Assembly: GCA_023267635.1 (NCBI GenBank)
Contig: JAHFMX010000002.1
Coordinates: 21,307 to 85,306, forward strand
Origin: a bacterium
GTDB taxonomy: Bacteria; Patescibacteriota; Minisyncoccia; Phycocordibacterales; UBA5272
Reading direction: 5' to 3'
Length of the DNA stretch: 64,000 bases
Every line of letters starts with the position of its first letter. The stretch's first letter is position 1. The notes under the pieces were generated by a model. That model was not told the DNA's origin. It ran no database searches and was given only the letters and a program-made list of their open reading frames with translations. Position numbers and translations under genes: made by a program. Of the stretch, positions 55,383-64,000 are shown one piece after another.

Positions 55383-56303
55383 CTAAGCATTTTTACGTCC
55401 GATAAGCTTTTCGATACGTTCAGCAACGGGAGGGTGTGTCATAAACATTTTTGTAATCCAAGAAACCTTCTCGTGTTCACGTAATTCAGATTCATCATTA
55501 ACTCCAGATGGATCGGAAATAAAAAGGTGAGCAATGGCGTTATGTTGTACGCGCATTGGCTGATGAAAGTTTGCAATCTTCTGAAGCGCAGAAGCTAATC
55601 CTTCTGGATAACGTGTAATGAGTGCTCCTGTTGCATCCGCTAAGAATTCTCGTTCACGAGAAATCGCAAGCTTGATAATCGTTGCTGCAATCGGAGCTAA
55701 AATAATTGCAAAAATACCAAGCACTAAAAAGATTGGATTTTTCTTATCATCTCCCCCTCCTCCAAACATTGAAGCTCGAAGAGCAAAGTCTGCAACGAAG
55801 GAGATAAGCCCAGCAAATACTACTACTACCGTACTCACCAACATGTCTCTGTTCCCTATGTGAGAAAGCTCATGCGCGAGCACTCCTTCAAGTTCCGATT
55901 TATTAAGAAGTGGAAGAAGCCCTGTCGTAACTGCAACAACTGCTTTTTCTTTATTGCGCCCTGTAGCAAAAGCGTTTGGTGCAGGATCATCGATAACATA
56001 GAGTGCAGGCATTGGAAGTCCCGCTGTTATACAAAGATTCTCCATAGTGTTCCAAAATTCTGGGTACTGATCTTTAGATTCGATACGGGTGGCATTAGCC
56101 ATCGAAAGAACTAGCTTATCTGAAAACCAATACGCTGAAATATTAAGGAAGATACTAATGAAGATGGCAATGTAGAGCAAGTTCGGATTTCCATACAAGA
56201 ACGAAAGCGTAAATCCAATGATAATAATAAAGAGCAGGAATCCTGTTAAGAGAAACCATGTCTTTCTAATATTTGACGCCTGATGGGAATAGAGAGTAGC
56301 CAT
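55383..56303 (-). CDS. htpX: M48 zinc metalloprotease HtpX
   Basis: HELSHIGNRD HExxH motif with a downstream E. TM topology fits HtpX. Confidence 0.85.
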   Translation of the reverse strand: MATLYSHQASNIRKTWFLLTGFLLFIIIIGFTLSFLYGNPNLLYIAIFISIFLNISAYWFSDKLVLSMANATRIESKDQYPEFWNTMENLCITAGLPMPALYVIDDPAPNAFATGRNKEKAVVAVTTGLLPLLNKSELEGVLAHELSHIGNRDMLVSTVVVVFAGLISFVADFALRASMFGGGGDDKKNPIFLVLGIFAIILAPIAATIIKLAISREREFLADATGALITRYPEGLASALQKIANFHQPMRVQHNAIAHLFISDPSGVNDESELREHEKVSWITKMFMTHPPVAERIEKLIGRKNA

Positions 56304-56358
56304 AATAGGTAGAGATAACCAATAAACTAGTATCTGTAACTACTAGAATAGTTGGTGT

Positions 56359-56985
56359 TTAGAACTTTACTTCAACAGGATTGCGTGCAGACTGATCATC
56401 AGCTCCAAGTTCAAAGAATTCAGATTCTTGGAAACTAAACATCTTAGCAAAGATATTTGTAGGAACTGTCTGGACCTTTGTATTGTATTCAGTAACCACT
56501 CCGTTATAGAAACGACGAGCAGCTTGAATTTTGTTTTCAGTGTCTGACAATTCATTCTGAAGAGCAATGAAATTCTGGTTTGACTTAAGGTCAGGGTAAC
56601 TTTCTGCAAGTGCAAAGAATCCAGTGAGAGCGCCACGCATGGCCATGTCAGCTTCCCCTGCCGTTGCAGGAGTATGCGCTTCCATTCCGCGACTACGAGC
56701 CTGAATAACTTTCTCAAGCGTAGAGCTTTCGAAATTTGTTGATCCCTTTACCGTATTTACAAGGTTGGGGATAAGATCAAAACGACGCTTAAACTGAACC
56801 TCAATATCTGACCAAGCTTCCTTCACACGCATGCGCGCAGTAACAAGCCCGTTATAGATAGCAATAACGATGATAACAAGAACCGCAACGATACCAATTC
56901 CAATATATAGTGGTGACATAAATCTAAAGTAAATGTCTCCTAGCGTTCGGACGTATCTGTGTTCACGTCTAGGAGGTATATTCAT
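56359..56985 (-). CDS. lemA: LemA family protein
   Basis: N-terminal TM and LemA-family ARRFYNGVVTEYNTKVQTVPTNIFAKMF. Confidence 0.75.
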   Translation of the reverse strand: MNIPPRREHRYVRTLGDIYFRFMSPLYIGIGIVAVLVIIVIAIYNGLVTARMRVKEAWSDIEVQFKRRFDLIPNLVNTVKGSTNFESSTLEKVIQARSRGMEAHTPATAGEADMAMRGALTGFFALAESYPDLKSNQNFIALQNELSDTENKIQAARRFYNGVVTEYNTKVQTVPTNIFAKMFSFQESEFFELGADDQSARNPVEVKF

Positions 56986-57100
56986 AGTACAAAACCTGGC
57001 GCCTATGTCAAGGAAAGAAATTTAACTCCAATACTCTAGATGTGTTGAGATTTCTTGATTTACTCTTATCATAAAAAGGTTTTTCTGGTAGTATTAAAAG

Positions 57101-58855
57101 ATGTCAACTTCAACAGATTACCTATCCGCCAAGCGCCACAGCCTAGCCCACGTGCTTCTTATGGCTGTAAAGCATCATTACCCTCACGCGCTCCCTACTA
57201 TTGGCCCTGTTATTGAAAATGGTTTCTATTATGACTTTGATTTTGGAACATCCGGAAAGCCTGGATTGGAAGATTTAGAGAAAATAGAAAAAACGATGAA
57301 AGAAATCGTATCTCAAAACCTAGCCTTTCGCCATGAAGAAGTCACAGCAGACCAAGCGCGAGGATATTTTGAAGTAAACCCTTACAAGAAGGAACTTATC
57401 GACGGACTTGAGAAAGATGGGAAAACTATTACCCTCTATTACACAGGAGATGATTTCTTTGATCTCTGTGTTGGAGGTCATACAGAGACCACGGGGGAAA
57501 TTGCTGTGGGAAGTTTCAAGTTAGATAAAATTGCTGGAGCGTATTGGCGAGGAGATGAAAAAAACGCCATGCTCACTCGTATTTATGGGCTAGCATTCGA
57601 TACACAGGAAGAACTTGATGCGTACCTTGTGCAACAAGAAGAAGCAAAGAAGCGAGATCACCGTATCATTGGGCAACAGCTTAATCTTTTTATTTTTTCT
57701 CCACTTGTTGGACCTGGACTTCCATTATGGACGCCAAGAGGAACAATCCTTCGAACAGAGATAGACAACTTTGTGCAAGAGCTGCGCAAAGAGCATAACT
57801 ATGGGCGCGTAACAGTTCCTCATTTCACTAAACCTGATCTCTACATTAAAAGTCAGCACTATGAAAAATACGGAGATGACTTATTTAAAGTAAAAACACG
57901 CGACGGACATGAGCTTTGTATAAAACCGATGAACTGTCCTCATCACGCTCAAATTTACGCAAGTCAACTTCGCTCGTATAAAGAACTCCCTATACGCTAC
58001 AGTGAAACAACTATGGTGTACCGAGATGAACAATCAGGTGAACTAAATGGACTATCACGAGTTCTTTCTATAACGCAAGACGACGCTCACATCTTCTGTC
58101 GAGAGTCACAATTAAAGGAAGAAATGAATAATGTGTGGACTCTTATAGAAAGATTCTACTCTGCCTTTGGATTTAATTCACTCACTCCACGATTCTCACG
58201 TAGAAATGATGATGTAAAGTTCAAAGGAAATATTGAATTATGGGAAAAAGCTGAAGGAGCAATACGAACTCTCCTTGATGAACGAGCGGCTGGAACATGG
58301 GTAGACGGAGAAGGAGAAGCTGCTTTCTATGGACCGAAAATAGACTTCATGGCAAAAGATGCGCTTGGTAGAAGTCATCAAGTAGGAACAATTCAACTTG
58401 ATTTCGTACAGCCAACTAACTTTGAATTAGAATATGTTTCGGAAGAAGGAAAGCGTGAGATGCCTGTAATGATACATTGTGCGATCGCAGGTTCTCTTGA
58501 AAGATTCCTATCTGTGTATATTGAACACACAGCGGGTAACTTCCCTCTCTGGCTTTCACCTACTCAGATTTCTATTGTTCCAATTGCAGAGGCACATCAT
58601 GAACATGCAAAGAATGTTCATTACGTGCTGCAAGCGGCTAATATTCGTGTAGAAGCAGATATGTCAAAGGAAGGACTTGGTAAAAAGATACGTGCAGCAC
58701 GGGAAATGAAAACTCCGTACTGGGCAGTGATTGGAGATGCTGAAGTTGCAAACGGAACCGTAACACTTGAACATCGAACAGAAGGAAAGATTGGAGAAAT
58801 AAAAATCGAAGAACTACTTTCAAAACTGACAGAAGAAATAAAGAATAAGAAATAA
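57101..58855 (+). CDS. thrS: Threonyl-tRNA synthetase (lacks N-terminal TGS domain)
   Basis: IGPVIENGFYYDFD, HRIIGQQLNLF, KPMNCPHHAQIY class II motifs, and a C-terminal anticodon-binding domain. Confidence 0.9.
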   Translation: MSTSTDYLSAKRHSLAHVLLMAVKHHYPHALPTIGPVIENGFYYDFDFGTSGKPGLEDLEKIEKTMKEIVSQNLAFRHEEVTADQARGYFEVNPYKKELIDGLEKDGKTITLYYTGDDFFDLCVGGHTETTGEIAVGSFKLDKIAGAYWRGDEKNAMLTRIYGLAFDTQEELDAYLVQQEEAKKRDHRIIGQQLNLFIFSPLVGPGLPLWTPRGTILRTEIDNFVQELRKEHNYGRVTVPHFTKPDLYIKSQHYEKYGDDLFKVKTRDGHELCIKPMNCPHHAQIYASQLRSYKELPIRYSETTMVYRDEQSGELNGLSRVLSITQDDAHIFCRESQLKEEMNNVWTLIERFYSAFGFNSLTPRFSRRNDDVKFKGNIELWEKAEGAIRTLLDERAAGTWVDGEGEAAFYGPKIDFMAKDALGRSHQVGTIQLDFVQPTNFELEYVSEEGKREMPVMIHCAIAGSLERFLSVYIEHTAGNFPLWLSPTQISIVPIAEAHHEHAKNVHYVLQAANIRVEADMSKEGLGKKIRAAREMKTPYWAVIGDAEVANGTVTLEHRTEGKIGEIKIEELLSKLTEEIKNKK

Positions 58856-58885
58856 AAAAAGCCCCCGCACGCGGGGGCTTTTTCG
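58856..58885 (+). terminator. Rho-independent terminator after thrS
   Basis: aaaaaaagcccccgcacgcgggggcttttt. Confidence 0.65.
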
Positions 58886-58894
58886 ATACTGAAG

Positions 58895-59432
58895 TTAGGC
58901 AGAAATAAAAGCTGGAGCAATATCCTTTGACCATTCTTCAAGCTCTTTTCGAAGCTGATTAACTTCTTTGATCTCAGGTAGTTTCCCTCCCAAGATTTTA
59001 AAATGAGCTGTGTTCGAAATGTACTTTGGACGATGTGGATGTGGTGGTCGACACACAGGATACGTAGTACCTGGTTTACAACCCAACGGGATCACATCAA
59101 TCATAGTTCCTGATTCTTCATGCAGTAGCCATGAATGTGGCACTTGATTCATTACCACTGGGAGCGGCAATGAGTCATGCGTTCTTGAAATCAAGCTATG
59201 AGGCTTCCAATCTGAGTTCATTAAAGAGCCTGCAACCTCAGGCGCAACATCAACAAGGAATCCGTAGTGCGCCTGAAGTAACTTTGGAAACATCATTTCA
59301 AAGGCACTCACCAAAAGATGCACATTGAGATACTGTGGTAATGGTGATTCCCTGTGCTTCACATACAACCTATCAATGACCACCTGAACTTGCCCACATA
59401 GGACCTCACCTTTTTCAAGAACATTATTCATA
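58895..59432 (-). CDS. Hypothetical protein (moderately higher GC); the longer ORF extends to 59536
   Basis: ORF only. HSWLLHEESG and HPHRPKY hint at a possible metal-binding fold that could not be assigned. Confidence 0.25.
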
Positions 59433-60157
59433 CATACCTTTACAGAAAAAGTTACAACTGCCCTGATACTAATCCTTCGTATGATCACAGTCAAGCAAAA
59501 GAAAAAGCAAGCGACGAGCGCTTGCTTTGGGGACACGAGGTATCCGGTTTTTACAGACAGATTTTGCCCAACTGCTGTTGGCGCATGTTGATGTCTGACG
59601 GACCACCGCCCTGTTGCTGTTGCCTGCTAATGAGGCGAAGCACTGGCGGAACTTTTTCTGGCTGTTGAGGTGCTCGCCACGCTGTTTGAGGCAGACCACC
59701 ATCATTCGCAGCAACGGGTGCTGGTTTTTTTGCTTGAGCTTGAAGGCTCATAAGGAACTCCAATGTTTGTTTACAAGACTTACAATACTACCACATTTTT
59801 AGGTAAATGAAAAGGCCTATACATTTGCATGTGTAGGCCTTTGCTTGATTTTGATCCGTCGGATCAGTCGGGTATTTCCATATCCTTCGGCGCAGGGAGC
59901 GCTTCTGGATAGGAATGGGTTTGAATCGCACCTTGAGTGCCGAGACCTGCTTTTGACTGCGAGGTCACCGTCTTGATATTTCCCGTGTGAATACCCTCCA
60001 CAAGAGGAGAGATCGCTTTTCCAATGCGCAACCCCTTGTGCAGGTCAATATGATCATCATTTCCGATAAATACGCCCATGAACTTCTCCTTGATTGGTAA
60101 ACAAAGTTGAATAGAACTACTCTTTTATAGTACCAACTTTATTAAGTATTGTCAATA

Positions 60158-60673
60158 CTACTCCTCTATTGAATACTTTTTGTGAAGCGTGACAGGAAGC
60201 CCAGCTGCAATAGATTTATCAATAGTGTCTTGAGTCCCGGTAGAATTATTTACTTGGAACGCATACACCTCGTCTGAAATAGCAACTTCCTCGTCATGAC
60301 GAAGGTTGTAGTGATCCTGTGTGATTTCGTTCTCATGAGGCATTTCCACGAGATGATCAGGCTGAATCGTTTTTAGACGAAGAAGCAATTCCTGCAACTC
60401 AATAATGGTTGCCTTGGTAACGGGAAGCTTGCACCAGTTGGTGTTGTAATCCAGAACGTAGTTCTCGAGGTGCGTTGGAATAATCACCTTCAGCGACTTC
60501 CCTGTTGGGTCGCAAGTAAGCGCTTCATCCATCGCGAAATAATCCACGCCTGTCGCTCCGCCTGTTACGATTCCGTCCCCGCGTTCTATTACTTCACGCG
60601 CAGCAGCACGAACATCTCGTTCAACGTTTTCATCAGTTAATCTCCATGTTCCTGTAAAGAGTATCCATTTCAT
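60158..60673 (-). CDS. SLOG/DprA-like Rossmann-fold protein (YpsA-like)
   Basis: GIVTGGATGVDYFAMDEAL glycine-rich nucleotide-binding motif typical of the SLOG/DprA superfamily. 171 aa. Confidence 0.35.
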   Translation of the reverse strand: MKWILFTGTWRLTDENVERDVRAAAREVIERGDGIVTGGATGVDYFAMDEALTCDPTGKSLKVIIPTHLENYVLDYNTNWCKLPVTKATIIELQELLLRLKTIQPDHLVEMPHENEITQDHYNLRHDEEVAISDEVYAFQVNNSTGTQDTIDKSIAAGLPVTLHKKYSIEE

Positions 60674-60697
60674 ATATTTCCCTCATAAGAGGAAGAC

Positions 60698-62839
<2,142 letters not shown>

Positions 62840-62927
62840 TCAAAAAGCCTTAATTGACAAGTTACTTTTCATATTGTAGTGTTGATATTAGCCGCTCTTT
62901 ATATTTGAAGAGCTCCCCTACTTTTAG

Positions 62928-63821
62928 ATGGAGAATAAGATGACTGTTCTGAACAATACCCAGCCGACGAAGTCTGTTTCACTTTTCGGAGGAGAAGTCC
63001 GTGTTGACGCCTTTGGGTGTGAACACGGTCAAAACTTTTCCTTCAAAGGAATCGATGAGAGCAAAAACCCTCACACTACCCATGCTGCGATTTTTGCAGC
63101 ACTCGGTTCGATTTCATCGACTTCAAATTACTTTGCCCCCTCCCCGGTGCACATGAACGCTGAAGTTGTCACCCCTGATGACTTCAAATACAGCCGGTCC
63201 CATAAACAATGGACTCTGCCGTTTTCCGAAAACGCCTACTTGCACCGAGGGGTTTGTGCCGACGGACTTTCAGGGCTGAGCCCTTCACAAGGTTTTGTGA
63301 TGTCTGCCGCAGACTGTGCGCTTGTGGTGGTAAAGTGCGACGAAATAACCATTGCCGCTCACGCAGGACGAAACAGTGTTATCGATATGCTGTTTATGAA
63401 AGGCGAAGCCCAGGAGATGCGTAAAAGTGTTGTAGAAAACATCTGCGAAATCGTTTCTTCTGAAGATGGAGATCTTCAGAAACTGAAAGTATGGATTGGT
63501 TTCTCCATTTCAGCTGGACCTCATTTTCAACATGCAGTGAACAGTGCTGCATACCCGCACAACAAAAAACTGGTGGAATTTGTCTCCAGGGAATACGGTG
63601 CGGAATGCTTCGAGGATGACGGGCAGAATGGTGCTCTCGGATGGCTGGATCTCAAAAAGCTCATTCGGCGACAGTTCATTCAGTGCAAAGTCAAAGAGCA
63701 GAACATTGAACTTGATTCCGTGTGCACCCGTTCAGACATGAGGGATGGGAAACCAGTCTGGTATTCAAATGTTCGCAACGGTGTAGAGAGAAATCTCATA
63801 GCTGTTACGGTGAACAAATAA
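62928..63821 (+). CDS. pgeF: DUF152/PgeF (YfiH) family purine nucleoside/polyphenol oxidase-like protein
   Basis: [25 protein letters not shown] matches the family motif tADCxPvl....aaHAGWRG. GC is higher than background. Confidence 0.65.
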   Translation: MENKMTVLNNTQPTKSVSLFGGEVRVDAFGCEHGQNFSFKGIDESKNPHTTHAAIFAALGSISSTSNYFAPSPVHMNAEVVTPDDFKYSRSHKQWTLPFSENAYLHRGVCADGLSGLSPSQGFVMSAADCALVVVKCDEITIAAHAGRNSVIDMLFMKGEAQEMRKSVVENICEIVSSEDGDLQKLKVWIGFSISAGPHFQHAVNSAAYPHNKKLVEFVSREYGAECFEDDGQNGALGWLDLKKLIRRQFIQCKVKEQNIELDSVCTRSDMRDGKPVWYSNVRNGVERNLIAVTVNK

Positions 63822-63899
63822 CCAAGGCGGTGTCGTTAGACACCGTCTTTTGTTTTGCCTCTTTTTCACGTGTATACTGACCTATACTACACCTTCTAT

Positions 63900-64000
63900 G
63901 AAATACCACTTTATTGGCATCTGCGGTGCCGGAATGAGCGCAGTAGCCAAACTTCTTGTAGACAAAGGAGAAACTGTCACCGGGAGTGATGAAGGATTCT
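63900..64000 (+). CDS. murC: UDP-N-acetylmuramate--L-alanine ligase MurC, N-terminal fragment (runs off the window)
   Basis: [34 protein letters not shown] is the MurC N-terminal signature. Confidence 0.6.

Overview
The window is low-GC (about 38% overall) and the gene repertoire is compact and looks like a CPR/Patescibacteria-type genome. The phylum call is inference from gene content only. The genetic code is standard, because long ORFs remain intact with TGA as a stop.

Conserved housekeeping genes lie on both sides of a ~16.5 kb accessory island (about 16.9-33.4 kb).

Left flank: a type IV pilus and competence cluster (pilT partial, pilB, pilM/N/O-like genes, comFC). Then a secreted DUF3494 protein fused to repeats, an LPNTG motif and a sortase domain; an ECF sigma/anti-sigma pair; an AI-2E transporter; tandem tRNA-Ser genes, each followed by a conserved ~90 nt structured element; a second DUF3494 substrate plus sortase pair; and mscL.

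The island contains: (i) a GIY-YIG nuclease gene inserted next to tRNA-Glu with a duplicated tRNA 5' segment; (ii) a complete diversity-generating retroelement, with a high-GC target gene whose 3' VR and a downstream TR (132 bp each) differ only at TR adenines, a divergent Avd, and a DGR-type reverse transcriptase carrying the IGxxxSQ motif; (iii) a type III restriction-modification system; (iv) a prophage or satellite remnant (large serine recombinase, TerL, TerS-like, ParB-methyltransferase, CI/LexA-like repressor) that lacks structural genes; and (v) a candidate defence module of a ThsB-like TIR-domain protein, a caspase-like C14 peptidase and a small membrane protein.

Right flank: murF-like gene, secA, a lysine/alanine-rich histone H1-like gene adjacent to a SET-domain methyltransferase, valS, hsp20, tRNA-Arg and tRNA-Phe, lepA, murJ, typA, pepF, tag, a nudix hydrolase, a SpoU methyltransferase, an ABC exporter, tRNA-Ser(GGA) with a tRNA-Ser pseudo-fragment, htpX, lemA, thrS, gyrB, pgeF and the start of murC.

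No CRISPR array and no rRNA were seen.
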